From the NCBI GenBank assembly GCA_963715985.1, contig CAVQSP010000009.1:32001-96000 (forward strand): a stretch of 64,000 nucleotides of DNA, read 5' to 3'. Shown here piece after piece: positions 1-9,817 of the stretch; the first letter of the stretch is position 1; every line of letters starts with the position of its first letter. The stretch is from an uncultured Thermoleophilia bacterium (lineage in GTDB: Bacteria > Actinomycetota > Thermoleophilia > UBA2241). The notes beneath the pieces were generated by a model that searched no databases, was not told the origin of the DNA, and saw only the letters and a list, made by a program, of their open reading frames with translations. The position numbers and the translations under genes are program-made.

Positions 1-84
1 ACGTGGCATGGTCCTAAGGTGATGCTCGTACCCCGCCTTGTGCGGTCGAGCACAAGACAGTGACTGACGGCTGGAGGGGCGGCA

Positions 85-1386
85 GTGGGCCTGCAGTCAA
101 CGCTTCGCTATCTGGATCCGTTCCGCGAACGGGGGACGCGGCACAAGATCAGCGCCGACGAGCGCGCCACGCTGCGCATGGTCAACCAGAAGGTCGCCGC
201 CAAGCAGTCCCTCAACGATATCGCCGACTTCCTCTTCGAACGCACGAGGTCACTCGTGCCCTGCGATCGCATCGGGCTGGCGTTCATCGACGACAGTGGC
301 GAGCGCGTCATCGCCCACTACGCCCGGGCCGACTATCAGCCTCTCCTGCTGACGAAGGGGTACGCCGCCGACCTCAAAGGCGGCTCGCTGGAGCGGGTCA
401 TCAAGAACGCCCAGCCGCGCATCATCGACGATCTCGAGACGCACGCCCACGAGCACCCCGCGAGCCACTCGTCTCACCTTCTGCTGCGCGAGGGTGTCCG
501 ATCCAGTATCACGTGTCCTCTGACCGTCGAGGGGCGCGTCGTCGGGTTCATGTTCCGCGATTCGCGCCGCCCCGGCGCCTTCAACGCCCACCACGTCGAT
601 CTGGAGATGGCCATCTCCGAGCGTCTGAGCCAAGCCGTCGAGAAGGCGTGGCGCATCGAGCAGCTTACGGCCGCCAATCAGGCGTACCTGGAGATGCTCG
701 CGTTCGTGAGTCACGAGATCAAGAACCCCATTGCGTCGCTCGTGACGGATGCGCGCCTGCTGTCCCAGGGGTATCTCGGCGCTCTCGAACCTCAGCAGGT
801 GGACAAGGTCGACCGGATGATCGGCAAGGGGGAGTATCTCCTGAGCCTCGTGCAGGACTACCTGGATCTCGCCCGGATCGACGGGGGCGGTCTCACCCTC
901 ACCAAGCGCGAGGATGTGGACATCGTGACGGACGTCATCGCGCCGTCCATCGACCTGGTGCGCGCGGACATGGATCGCCGCGGCATGCAGCTGGAGCTGG
1001 ACCTTCCGCGCGACACGGTGAAGGCCGAGTGTGATCCCATGCTGTTGCGCATCGTGATGGTGAACCTCATCGGCAATGCGGTGAAGTACGGCGACGAGTC
1101 CGGCACCATCCGCGTGCGAGTCCTGCGGGAGCCCTCCCGACTCGAGGTCTCGGTGTGGAACGAGGGTCCCGGGTTCCAGCCTGAGGACCGTGGGCGCCTC
1201 TTCCAGCGGTTCTCGCGCCTGCGAACGCCGCACGGCGAGACCAGGCGCGGGACCGGCGTCGGGCTGTACAGCGCCTGGCGCATCGTGCGCCTGCACAACG
1301 GGCGCATCCGCGCCCGCTCCGAACCGGGCTCCTGGGCCGAGTTCTCCTTCGAGCTCGCGCAGCCGCTCGATCTTCCCGGGACCTGA
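85..1386 (+). CDS. GAF-domain sensor histidine kinase (HisKA + HATPase)
   Basis: N-terminal GAF-like region, H-box SHEIKNP, N-box NLIGNAVKY, G-boxes NEGPG and GTGVGL. Confidence 0.9.
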   Translation: MGLQSTLRYLDPFRERGTRHKISADERATLRMVNQKVAAKQSLNDIADFLFERTRSLVPCDRIGLAFIDDSGERVIAHYARADYQPLLLTKGYAADLKGGSLERVIKNAQPRIIDDLETHAHEHPASHSSHLLLREGVRSSITCPLTVEGRVVGFMFRDSRRPGAFNAHHVDLEMAISERLSQAVEKAWRIEQLTAANQAYLEMLAFVSHEIKNPIASLVTDARLLSQGYLGALEPQQVDKVDRMIGKGEYLLSLVQDYLDLARIDGGGLTLTKREDVDIVTDVIAPSIDLVRADMDRRGMQLELDLPRDTVKAECDPMLLRIVMVNLIGNAVKYGDESGTIRVRVLREPSRLEVSVWNEGPGFQPEDRGRLFQRFSRLRTPHGETRRGTGVGLYSAWRIVRLHNGRIRARSEPGSWAEFSFELAQPLDLPGT

Positions 1387-1397
1387 GAGAGCGCCTC

Positions 1398-2498
1398 ATG
1401 GATGCGGCTACACTCCCAGATGCCGAGACTCGCGCGCGGACGGCGACAGGCCGCGCCGACGGCGGACGCGCCGGCGGGCGACCGCGGCCGCGACGCCCCA
1501 TGGTCCTGCGGGTGGTGCTCGTGAACGCAGTGTTGGCGGCGTGCGTGGCCGGCGGGAGCGTGATGGCCGCGAGGACGGCCGGAGACCGGCAGGGCCTCGT
1601 CGCGGCGGCGCTGGTCATCGGCGCAGCGTGCGCAGCCGTACTGGTCAACATCCTCTTCGTGGGCCCGGCGGGAAGGCTGCTGGGCGACCTCGCCGGCGCC
1701 ATGGAGAACGCGCACCGCGGTGAGATGGAGTGTCGCGTGAAGGACGACTGGCGCGACCCGGACCTCCGCCGGCTGTCGACATCGTTCAACGAGATGTGCC
1801 GCCGCCTCGGGAACGAGTCTCTGAACTACGCGGAGAGGCAGCTCGGCAGCGTGGAGGAGGAGCGCCGGCGGATCGGACGGGAGCTCCACGACGAGACCAG
1901 CCAGACCCTCACCGCCACGCTCGTGCGCCTGGATCTGTGCGACAAGGCGATGCAGGACCACGACGCGGCTGAAGCCCACCGTCAGGCCGTCACCTGCAAA
2001 GAGCTCATCGGCCACGCGATCGAGGAGATCAAGCTGCTCGTGTACGACCTGCGGCCCGTGATGCTCGATGACTTCGGCCTGGTCCCGACCCTGCGCTGGT
2101 ACATCCAGTCGCACCTGCAGGATGTGGGGCCTGCGATCGACACCGACTTCGAGGAGGCCGATCGGCGCCTTCCCGGCGAGATCGAGACCGCGCTGTATCG
2201 CATCTCTCAGGAAGCTCTGGGCAACGCCGTCCGGCACGCCGAGGCCACCAAGATCCATCTGCGTCTGGTCACCAAGCCCGGGTTCGTGAGCCTGGCGGTG
2301 ATCGACAACGGGCGGGGCTTCGAGATGGACTCCCTGCACCACAGCGACAGCCGCCGCGGCGTAGGATTGGTCTCCTTGAGAGAGCGCGTCGAGCTGGTGG
2401 GGGGGACGGTGAACGTCGAGTCGGCAATCGGCCGCGGGACACGTTTGTACGTGCTCATACCGCTGAACGGCGAGACCACCGGCGAGGGAAGACCATGA
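1398..2498 (+). CDS. Membrane sensor histidine kinase, HAMP + HisKA_3 (NarX/DegS-like)
   Basis: Two TM segments, ERRRIGRELHDETSQ, LRPVMLDDFGL, QEALGNAVRHA, DNGRGF. Confidence 0.9.
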   Translation: MDAATLPDAETRARTATGRADGGRAGGRPRPRRPMVLRVVLVNAVLAACVAGGSVMAARTAGDRQGLVAAALVIGAACAAVLVNILFVGPAGRLLGDLAGAMENAHRGEMECRVKDDWRDPDLRRLSTSFNEMCRRLGNESLNYAERQLGSVEEERRRIGRELHDETSQTLTATLVRLDLCDKAMQDHDAAEAHRQAVTCKELIGHAIEEIKLLVYDLRPVMLDDFGLVPTLRWYIQSHLQDVGPAIDTDFEEADRRLPGEIETALYRISQEALGNAVRHAEATKIHLRLVTKPGFVSLAVIDNGRGFEMDSLHHSDSRRGVGLVSLRERVELVGGTVNVESAIGRGTRLYVLIPLNGETTGEGRP

Positions 2499-3169
2499 GT
2501 CCGAGCGAGAGAAGTGAACCTATCAGGGTCCTGCTTGTCGACGACCACGCCATCCTGCGCCAGGGCGTGCACGCCCTGCTCGCGCGCGAGCCGGACATCC
2601 TCGTGGTGGGAGAAGCCGGCGATGGGCAGGAGGCGCTGGACCAGATGCCCGAACTGCTCCCCGACGTCGTCATCATGGACATCGTCATGCCCCGCATGAA
2701 CGGCCTCGAGGCGACACGGCTGCTCAAGGAGCGGTATCCGCATGTCCGTACCCTCATCCTCAGCATGTACGACGACCAGGAGTATGTCGTGCAGATCATC
2801 CAGGCGGGCGCCGCCGGCTACGTGCTCAAACGGGTGGTGACCGAGGATCTTGTGAGAGCCATCCACGAAGTCCATGCGGGAGGCTCGTTTCTCTATCCGC
2901 CCATCGCGGCCACGCTCATCGGCGACTACCTGCGCGTCACTCAGGGCGAGCAGCCCGCCGACCAGGGCGAACCCCTCACGGCCAGGGAGCGCGAGGTGCT
3001 CAAGCTGATCGCCGAGGGCAACACCAACATCGCGATCGCCGAACGCCTCGGCCTGAGCCGCAAGACCGTCGACACCCATCGCGCGCACGCCATGCGCAAG
3101 CTGGACCTCCACGAGGTGACCGAAGTCGTGAAGTACGCGCTGCGCACGGGGCTCATCACGCTGGACTGA
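2495..3169 (+). CDS. NarL/LuxR-family response regulator
   Basis: LLVDDH, DIVMP receiver Asp, LTAREREVLKLIAEG HTH; 4-bp overlap with the kinase. Confidence 0.95.
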   Translation: MSPSERSEPIRVLLVDDHAILRQGVHALLAREPDILVVGEAGDGQEALDQMPELLPDVVIMDIVMPRMNGLEATRLLKERYPHVRTLILSMYDDQEYVVQIIQAGAAGYVLKRVVTEDLVRAIHEVHAGGSFLYPPIAATLIGDYLRVTQGEQPADQGEPLTAREREVLKLIAEGNTNIAIAERLGLSRKTVDTHRAHAMRKLDLHEVTEVVKYALRTGLITLD

Positions 3170-3210
3170 CGCCCAGCGGCGTGCCTTCTGCTGGCCGCGC
3201 GGCTACCGCG

Positions 3211-3429
3211 TCACGCGGTCTCCGCCTGCGGCGGCCGCGTGAAGCCGTCCACGATGCGCAGCACGCCGTACACGATGAGGTACAGGCCGATCAGCCACAG
3301 GATGGCGAGGGCGCCGCTCACCGGGTAGGCGAAGAAGACGATACCGACGACGATCGAGAGGACGCCGAGGACGATCATCAGGATCCCGGTGATGACCGAC
3401 AAAGCCATCCACGCCCCCCTGCTTCTCAT
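3211..3429 (-). CDS. Small membrane protein, DUF308/HdeD-like
   Basis: MRSRGAWMALSV...GVLSIVVGIVFFAYP...LWLIGLYLIVYG; AAGGAG RBS upstream. Confidence 0.65.
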   Translation of the reverse strand: MRSRGAWMALSVITGILMIVLGVLSIVVGIVFFAYPVSGALAILWLIGLYLIVYGVLRIVDGFTRPPQAETA

Positions 3430-3546
3430 GTGCCGCTCCTTCTCGCGATTCGACGACTGCCCCGCATGACTGCCCCGCTCATACACTATCGCGGCGGCCC
3501 GGGCGCTGTCTCCGGGCCAGGCACGGCATCCCGCTGAGCGTGAGCG

Positions 3547-3552
3547 TATACT
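3547..3552 (+). promoter_or_regulatory. -10 element (TATACT) of a probable leaderless nadA transcript
   Basis: TATACT lies 7 nt before the ATG at 3560; no SD. Confidence 0.55.
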
Positions 3553-3559
3553 GCCCCTC

Positions 3560-4489
3560 ATGACTCAGCTCAACGAACTCCAGCGGGAACTCCGCCACCT
3601 CGCGGAGGAGCGCGATGCGGTCATCTTGGCGCACAACTACCAGCGCCCGGAGGTGCAGGACGCCGCCGACTACACCGGCGACTCCCTCGAGCTCTCGCGC
3701 ATCGCGCAGAAGGACCCGCACAGCGTCATCCTGTTCTGCGGTGTGCACTTCATGGCCGAGACGGCCTACATCCTCTCGCCGCAGAAGACGGTGCTCATGC
3801 CGGACAAACGCGCCGGCTGCCCCATGGCCGACATGGTCACGGTGCACGGCCTGCGCGACCTCAAGGCCAGGCATCCCGACGCCGTGGTGGTCTCCTACGT
3901 GAACACCTCCGCGGACATCAAGGCCGAGACCGACGTGTGCTGCACGAGCGCCAACGCGGTGCAGATCGTGGAGCGCTTCCCCAAGGACCAGAAGATCATC
4001 TTCGTTCCCGACCGCAACCTGGGCGACTACGTCGCCCGCCAGAGCGGTCGCGAGGAGACCATGATCCTCTGGCAGGGCTGGTGCCACGTGCACGACGACT
4101 TCCGCGCCGCCGAGATCGAGCAGATCCGTGCCGACAACCCCGGCGCCGTGCTCATGGCGCACCCGGAGAGCCGCCGCGAGGTGCTGGACATCGCGGACGT
4201 GGTCACCAGCACGTCGGGGATGCTGCGCTACCCCGCCGGCAGCGACGCCACGACGTTCATCGTCGCCACGGAGACCGGCTTGCTGTACCGCCTCGGCATC
4301 CTGTACCCGGAGAGGAAGTTCATCCCCGCCTCGAGCAGGGCCGTGTGCCCCAACATGAAGCTCACCACGCTGGAGAAGTGCGTCGCCGCTTTGAGCGACG
4401 AGTGGGACGACGTGCTCGACCACGAGGTCACCGTCGGCGAGCACATCCGCCTCAAGGCGCTGGCCGCCGTCCAGCGGATGCTCGAGTAG
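3560..4489 (+). CDS. nadA: Quinolinate synthase
   Basis: ILAHNYQ, FCGVHFMAET, AGCPMA, YVNTSA, CHVH, AHPE, CPNMK motifs. Confidence 0.97.
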   Translation: MTQLNELQRELRHLAEERDAVILAHNYQRPEVQDAADYTGDSLELSRIAQKDPHSVILFCGVHFMAETAYILSPQKTVLMPDKRAGCPMADMVTVHGLRDLKARHPDAVVVSYVNTSADIKAETDVCCTSANAVQIVERFPKDQKIIFVPDRNLGDYVARQSGREETMILWQGWCHVHDDFRAAEIEQIRADNPGAVLMAHPESRREVLDIADVVTSTSGMLRYPAGSDATTFIVATETGLLYRLGILYPERKFIPASSRAVCPNMKLTTLEKCVAALSDEWDDVLDHEVTVGEHIRLKALAAVQRMLE

Positions 4490-4530
4490 CTCGCACGTCC
4501 TGCGGGGCCGCGTGCCCGCCGGTTCTGCCG

Positions 4531-4747
4531 CTATCGCGTCGCCAGCAACTCCGAGACCGTCACGAAGCCGTAGCCGCGTGCGGCCAGCGCCTCCAGGATC
4601 AGCGGCAGCGCGCGCCGTGAGGCGTCGGCGGCTCTGGCCCCACGGGTGCAGCAGGATGATGGAGCCCGGCCGCACGTTGGCGAGCACGTAGCGCACCATG
4701 GCCTGCGGGTCGCCGGCGCATGGGCTCCGGGCTGGGAACTTCGCCAC
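4531..4747 (-). pseudogene. C-terminal remnant of a polysaccharide deacetylase (NodB family), frameshifted
   Basis: YVLANVRPGSIILLHPW in one frame, ALPLILEALAARGYGFVTVSELL in another; N-terminal catalytic motifs absent. Confidence 0.65.
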
Positions 4748-4843
4748 AGCGCTCTAAGATGAACGCAGTCATCGAGCAGACGCGGAGTGCGCCGAGGCCG
4801 ACCGGTGCCCCGGCGAAGCATCCCCGAGAGGAGTTGAGCGAGC

Positions 4844-6598
4844 ATGACATACATGACCGCCAGCGAGGCCATGGTCGAGACCCTCCGCATGGAGGGTGTG
4901 ACCGAGGTCTTCGGCATCGTCGGATCCGCCTACATGGACGCGCTCGACCTGTTCCCGGCCGCAGGCATCCGCTTTCTCGCTGTGCGGCACGAGCAGTCAG
5001 CGGCGCACATGGCCGACGCCTACGCGCGCGTCACCGGGCGCGCCTCCATGTGCACGGGTCAGAACGGCCCGGGCATCACGAACATGGTGACCGGCATCGC
5101 CGCGGCCTACCACGCACACTCGCCCGTGATCCTGCTCACCCCGTCATCGATGAGCGCCTTCCGCGGCCTTGACGGCTTCCAGGAGGTGGACCAGCTCCCC
5201 ATCTTCAGCACCGTCACGAAGTTCCAGATCCAGGTGAACCGGCCCGACCGCATCGCGGAGGCTTTGCGCACCGCCATCCGTGCCGCCTACGCCGAGCGCG
5301 GGCCGGTGCAGATCGACGTCCCGCGCGACTACTTCTACGGCGAGGCCGATTACGCCATCCTCGAACCGCAGGAGTACCGGGCCTGGAAGCGGGGCGCCGG
5401 CGACGATGAGTCGCTGGACCTCGCCGCCGACGTGCTGGCCGCCGCGAAGAACCCGGTCATCATCGCGGGGCTCGGCGTCACCGAGACCGATGCCGCCGGC
5501 GTGGTCTCCCGGCTGGCGCAGCAACTCGGAGCGCCGGTAGTGACGTCGTACCAGCACACCGACGCGTTCCCATACACCGACCCGCTCGCGGTCGGGCCGA
5601 TCGGCTACCAGGGATCCAAGGCGGCCATGACGCTGCTCTCCAGAGCCGACGTCGTGTTCGCGCTCGGCACCCGCCTGAACCCGTTCGGCAACCTGCCGCA
5701 GTACGGGTTCGACTACTTTCCCAGCGACGCGAAGATCGTCCAGGTCGACATCGACTATCGCCAGGTCGGCCGCATCAAGCCACTCGCGGTGGGCATCATC
5801 GGCGATGCCAAAGCGGCTGCCGAGGCCATCCACAGCCGCCTCGTCGCTCGACAGGGGGCCAGGATCGCGGACCCCGCCCGCCTGGCCGAGATCGCCGGAG
5901 CCAAGCTCGCCTGGACGGAGGAGCTCGCCTCCTGGTCGCGCTCGGATGCGAGCCCCATCAGCCCGCGTCGCGCGCTGGCCGAGCTCGCCGCCGCTCTGCC
6001 CGAGGACGCCATCGTGACCAGCGACATCGGCAACGTCTGTTCGGTCGCGAACGCGTACCTGAGGTTCGCAAGGCCGCGCTCGTTCCTGCCGGCGCTGGGC
6101 TTCGGCAATTGCGGCTTCGCCTACCCGGCCGCGCTGGGAGCCAAGGTCGCCGCCCCCGAGCGCCCTGTGGCGGCCATCATCGGCGACGGGGCCTGGGGGA
6201 TGAGCCTGCATGAAGTCATGACCGCGGTGGAGGAGGATCTCCCGGTCGTCGCCCTCGTCTACAACAACCAGCAGTGGGGCGCCGAGAAGAAGAACCAGAT
6301 CGACTTCTACGACGACCGCTTCGTGGGCGCCGACATCGGCAGGAGCATCGGCGGCTTCGACTTCGCGGCGATCGCCACCGCGATGGGAGCCGACGGTATC
6401 CGCGTGACGCACCCGGGCGACCTCGCCGACGCCTATCGCTCGGCCTTCGCCTCCGGTCGTCCGACCGTCCTCGAGATCATGGTGGACCCGGAGGAGCTGG
6501 CGGAACCGTTCCGCCGGGACGCGCTCCAGACGCCGAAGCGCTACCTGGACCGCTACCGGCATCTGGACGTGGACAACTTCTCCGCGCCCCCGGAGTGA
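4844..6598 (+). CDS. xsc: Sulfoacetaldehyde acetyltransferase (ThDP-dependent)
   Basis: FGIVGSAYMD, HEQ, GQNGPGITN, GDGAWGMS...NNQQWGAEKKNQIDFYDDRFVG and EPFRRDAL, typical of Xsc. Confidence 0.85.
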   Translation: MTYMTASEAMVETLRMEGVTEVFGIVGSAYMDALDLFPAAGIRFLAVRHEQSAAHMADAYARVTGRASMCTGQNGPGITNMVTGIAAAYHAHSPVILLTPSSMSAFRGLDGFQEVDQLPIFSTVTKFQIQVNRPDRIAEALRTAIRAAYAERGPVQIDVPRDYFYGEADYAILEPQEYRAWKRGAGDDESLDLAADVLAAAKNPVIIAGLGVTETDAAGVVSRLAQQLGAPVVTSYQHTDAFPYTDPLAVGPIGYQGSKAAMTLLSRADVVFALGTRLNPFGNLPQYGFDYFPSDAKIVQVDIDYRQVGRIKPLAVGIIGDAKAAAEAIHSRLVARQGARIADPARLAEIAGAKLAWTEELASWSRSDASPISPRRALAELAAALPEDAIVTSDIGNVCSVANAYLRFARPRSFLPALGFGNCGFAYPAALGAKVAAPERPVAAIIGDGAWGMSLHEVMTAVEEDLPVVALVYNNQQWGAEKKNQIDFYDDRFVGADIGRSIGGFDFAAIATAMGADGIRVTHPGDLADAYRSAFASGRPTVLEIMVDPEELAEPFRRDALQTPKRYLDRYRHLDVDNFSAPPE

Positions 6599-6664
6599 AC
6601 CGGGAGGCCGGCGGCATGCCGATCCGCGCGGCGCTTGCGGACCCGCCGGGTCGCGCCTCCCGGT
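6599..6664. terminator. GC-rich stem-loop between convergent xsc and cysK
   Basis: ACCGGGAGGC (6599-6608) pairs with GCCTCCCGGT (6655-6664); no U-tract. Confidence 0.4.
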
Positions 6665-7620
6665 CAGCCTGCGACGCCCGCTCCGGCCACGGGCTCCGGC
6701 TCCGCGAACAGGACCGTGGAGAGGTAGCGCTCGCCTGTGTCGCACAGCACCGTCACGATGAGCTTGCCACGGTTCTCCGGACGGCTGCCGACCACATACG
6801 CGGCGTACACGTTGGCGCCGGCGCTGATGCCCACCAGCACGCCCTCGGCGGCAAGCTCACGAGCGGACTCCAGGGCCTGGTCGTTGGTGACCTTGACGAC
6901 CTCGTCGTACACCGCGGTGTCGAGCACCGCGGGCACGAAGCCGGCGCCCATGCCCTGGATCTTGTGCGGCCCCGGATCCCCACCGCTGAGCACCGGCGAG
7001 TCGGCGGGCTCGGCGGCCACGATCTGCACGCCGGGCTTGCGCTCCTTGAGCACCTGACCCACGCCGGTGACCGTGCCACCCGTCCCCACGCCGGCCACGA
7101 AGACGTCCACGGTGCCGTCGGTGTCGGTCCACACCTCTTCCGCGGTGGTGCGGCGATGGACCTCAGGGTTGGCGGGGTTCTCGAACTGCTGCGGCATGAA
7201 CGCGCCGGGGATCTCCTGGCTGAGCTCCGTGGCCTTTGCGATGGCGCCCTTCATGCCCTGGGCGCCGGGGGTGAGCACCAGCTCGGCGCCGTACGCGCGC
7301 AGCAGGTTGCGGCGCTCGATGCTCATCGTCTCCGGCATGGTGAGCAGCACCTTGTACCCGCGCGCCGCAGCGACCATGGCGAGGGCGATGCCGGTGTTGC
7401 CGCTCGTCGGCTCGACGATGGTCGTGCCGTCCGGCGAGACGAGACCGGCCCGCTCGGCGGCGTCGAACATGGAGAGACCGATGCGGTCCTTCACGCTGCC
7501 GCCGGGGTTGAACGACTCCAGCTTGCCCACGATGGTGGCGCCCGAGCGCTCCGAGATGCCGCGCAGCTTGACGAGCGGCGTGCCGCCGATGAGCTCCGTG
7601 ATGTCGTTGGCGATCCTCAT
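6664..7620 (-). CDS. cysK: Cysteine synthase A
   Basis: [47 protein letters not shown]; start at MRIANDIT. Confidence 0.95.
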   Translation of the reverse strand: MRIANDITELIGGTPLVKLRGISERSGATIVGKLESFNPGGSVKDRIGLSMFDAAERAGLVSPDGTTIVEPTSGNTGIALAMVAAARGYKVLLTMPETMSIERRNLLRAYGAELVLTPGAQGMKGAIAKATELSQEIPGAFMPQQFENPANPEVHRRTTAEEVWTDTDGTVDVFVAGVGTGGTVTGVGQVLKERKPGVQIVAAEPADSPVLSGGDPGPHKIQGMGAGFVPAVLDTAVYDEVVKVTNDQALESARELAAEGVLVGISAGANVYAAYVVGSRPENRGKLIVTVLCDTGERYLSTVLFAEPEPVAGAGVAG

Positions 7621-7655
7621 GGTTGTCTTCTCCTTGTGGATGGACGTGTCGCTGA

Positions 7656-8096
7656 TCAGATCTGGTACATGGGCTGGCCGCCGCGCTGCTGACGCTCGCG
7701 CTCGGCCAGATCGGAGATGCTGGTGCCGGCGAGGACGCCTTCGAACGCCGCCTCTGCCTCGTGCCATACCACGGACGGCCCGCAGAGGTCCTCGAGGTCG
7801 CAGTGGCCCGAGGTACAGGCGGCGACGCTCACCGGACCATCCAGGACCTCCACCACATCGAGGACGCTGACGTTCTCCGGACGGCGCGCGAAGGCGAAGC
7901 CGCCGCCGGCGCCGCGGTGACTGCTGAGCAGCCCGCCGCGGCGCAGCGACCCGAACAGCTGCTCGAGAAACTGCGCCGGCAGGTCACGCTCGCCGGCCAG
8001 GTCGGCTACTCGCACCGGGCGCACATCGCCGCCGGTGCGAAGCGCAAGTTCCACGAGGGCTCTGACTGCGTAGCGGCTCTTGGACGAGACGTGCAT
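7656..8096 (-). CDS. Rrf2-family regulator (IscR/CymR-like) with three Cys
   Basis: [39 protein letters not shown]. Confidence 0.92.
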   Translation of the reverse strand: MHVSSKSRYAVRALVELALRTGGDVRPVRVADLAGERDLPAQFLEQLFGSLRRGGLLSSHRGAGGGFAFARRPENVSVLDVVEVLDGPVSVAACTSGHCDLEDLCGPSVVWHEAEAAFEGVLAGTSISDLAERERQQRGGQPMYQI

Positions 8097-8109
8097 GCGA
8101 CCTTACTTG

Positions 8110-8166
8110 AGTTAGCTTATAAAATTGGTCAACAATTACTCTAGCGGTCGCCGCGGAGTCTGTCAA
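8110..8166 (-). promoter_or_regulatory. SigA promoter of rrf2-cysK with AT-rich putative Rrf2 operator
   Basis: TTGACA (8166-8161), 17 nt, TAGAGT (8143-8138), then AATTGTTGACCAATTTTATAAGCTAAC. Confidence 0.75.
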
Positions 8167-8263
8167 GCGGTGGGTCACACGGAGGTGGCGGGGCAGGCGA
8201 GGCGTCAGAGGCGGCCCGGCGTGGCATACTGAGTCAGGCAAGAAGCGACGAACGGAGTCTCGC

Positions 8264-8530
8264 GTGGCCAGCGTCCAGATCAGCCTGCCCTCCACGCTCA
8301 CGTCCCCCGAGCCCCCGACGACCATGGAGTGCGACGGCGCCACCGTCGCTGAGGCGCTGCGCGACATCGCGGCACAGAAGCCGCGCTACGAGCAGCGCAT
8401 CTTCTACAACGACCGCCTGCTGGTGAGCGTGGTGCTCAACGGCGGTCACCTCTCTCCGCTGGTCGCCCGGGACACCGAGCTGCACGACGGCGACCGCCTC
8501 GAGCTGGTCACTCCCGTGGCCGGCGGCTAA
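8264..8530 (+). CDS. MoaD/ThiS/CysO-family sulfur carrier
   Basis: 88 aa beta-grasp pattern, LHDGDRLELVTPVAGG with C-terminal GG. Confidence 0.9.
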   Translation: MASVQISLPSTLTSPEPPTTMECDGATVAEALRDIAAQKPRYEQRIFYNDRLLVSVVLNGGHLSPLVARDTELHDGDRLELVTPVAGG

Positions 8531-8550
8531 GCAATGAGGAAGGACACGAC

Positions 8551-9042
8551 ATGAGCCTGTGGGCAACGCGCGAGTCCCGCAACCAGCTGCTGCTCGCCGG
8601 CCTGCGCATCCTCATGGGCGTGATCTTCCTCGCCGTGTGGTCCGACAACCTCGTCAAGGGCTACTACTCGCCGGACGGATGGGCGCACTTCGTGCAGCGC
8701 TACGCAGACACGACCAAGGTGGCCCCCTACGCCTCGGTGCTCGACAACGTGCTCATCCCGAACGCCGCCATCGTCGCCCGCGGCCAGCTCGCCATCGAGT
8801 TCGTCGTCTTCGGGCTGTTCCTCGTGTTCGGCGTGTTCACGCCGGTGTCCGGGCTGCTGGCGGCCGGCTTCCAGCTGAACCTCTTGATCGCCACGTCCGG
8901 CATCCCGACGGAGTGGCCGGGCACGTACATCATCATGTGCCTGCTTCTGGTGGCGGTGGCCCTGGGGCAGTCGGGGCGCACGCTGGGCGTGGACGCGCTG
9001 CTGGCGAAGAGAAACCCGCACCCGCGCCTGCCGGTGTATTAG
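8551..9042 (+). CDS. DoxX/DoxD-family membrane protein
   Basis: LRILMGVIFL, four TM segments, GRTLGVD; GAGGAAGGA RBS. Confidence 0.8.
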   Translation: MSLWATRESRNQLLLAGLRILMGVIFLAVWSDNLVKGYYSPDGWAHFVQRYADTTKVAPYASVLDNVLIPNAAIVARGQLAIEFVVFGLFLVFGVFTPVSGLLAAGFQLNLLIATSGIPTEWPGTYIIMCLLLVAVALGQSGRTLGVDALLAKRNPHPRLPVY

Positions 9043-9817
9043 GCGACGCGCCAGGCGCGACGGTCGCTGAGCGGTGGAGTGGGGCCTGAGGGCCTGGGCG
9101 AAAGCCGAACAGCCGCAGGCGGAAGAGGCACCAGAAGATGTCCCACACGGCGCCCAGCGTGCCGCCCCAGGTACCGGCGATCTTGGAGCGCCCGGCCCGC
9201 GGCCGGTACCGCGTGTCGCGCACGACGATGCGCGCGCCGAGCAGATGCGCCTTGACCGCCATCTCGGTGGGGAACGCGTAGGCGCGCTCCTCGAGGCGCA
9301 GCCGCTCGAGCAGGTCCAGGCGCACGGCCCGGAACGGTCCGTCGTCGCTGAGCCGCAGGCCGAACCAGAAGAGGAGGCTCACGGCCAGCCAGTCGTTGCC
9401 GCGCCGCTGGTGAAGGGGCATCCTCCCGGCCGAGGCGCCGCGCACGGCCCGGCGGCGCGAGCCTATCGCGAGGTCCGCCACGCCGGCGAGCACCGGCCCG
9501 ACGAGGCAAGGGACCTGGGAGGGGTCGTCCGTGCCGTCCGCCTCCATGAACACCACCGCGCGAGCGCCACGGGCGGCGGCGGCGCGGGCGCCGGTGAGGC
9601 ACGGGTAGCCGTAGCCTCGCCGCCGCTCGTGCAGCACATCGGCCCCGGCGGCGCGCACGATCTCCGGGCCGCCGTCCGAGGAGCCGTTGTCCACGAAGAT
9701 CGTGCGGCCGAGCAGGCCGAGGCCGTGGAGCTCGGCCAGCAGCGCCGGCAGCGCCTCCGCCTCGTCCAGCATCGGCACGACGATGCAGTAGTCTGGGCCG
9801 TGTGATGAAGCGTCCAC
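8933..9817 (-). CDS. Glycosyltransferase family 2 (DPM1-like); 3' end uncertain, may really stop near 9039
   Basis: IVVPMLDE, VDNGSSDG, RRGYG, FMEADG, IGSR, GPFRAV, YRPRAGRSKIAG. Confidence 0.85.
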   Translation of the reverse strand: MDASSHGPDYCIVVPMLDEAEALPALLAELHGLGLLGRTIFVDNGSSDGGPEIVRAAGADVLHERRRGYGYPCLTGARAAAARGARAVVFMEADGTDDPSQVPCLVGPVLAGVADLAIGSRRRAVRGASAGRMPLHQRRGNDWLAVSLLFWFGLRLSDDGPFRAVRLDLLERLRLEERAYAFPTEMAVKAHLLGARIVVRDTRYRPRAGRSKIAGTWGGTLGAVWDIFWCLFRLRLFGFRPGPQAPLHRSATVAPGASPNTPAGAGAGFSSPAARPRPACAPTAPGPPPPEAGT

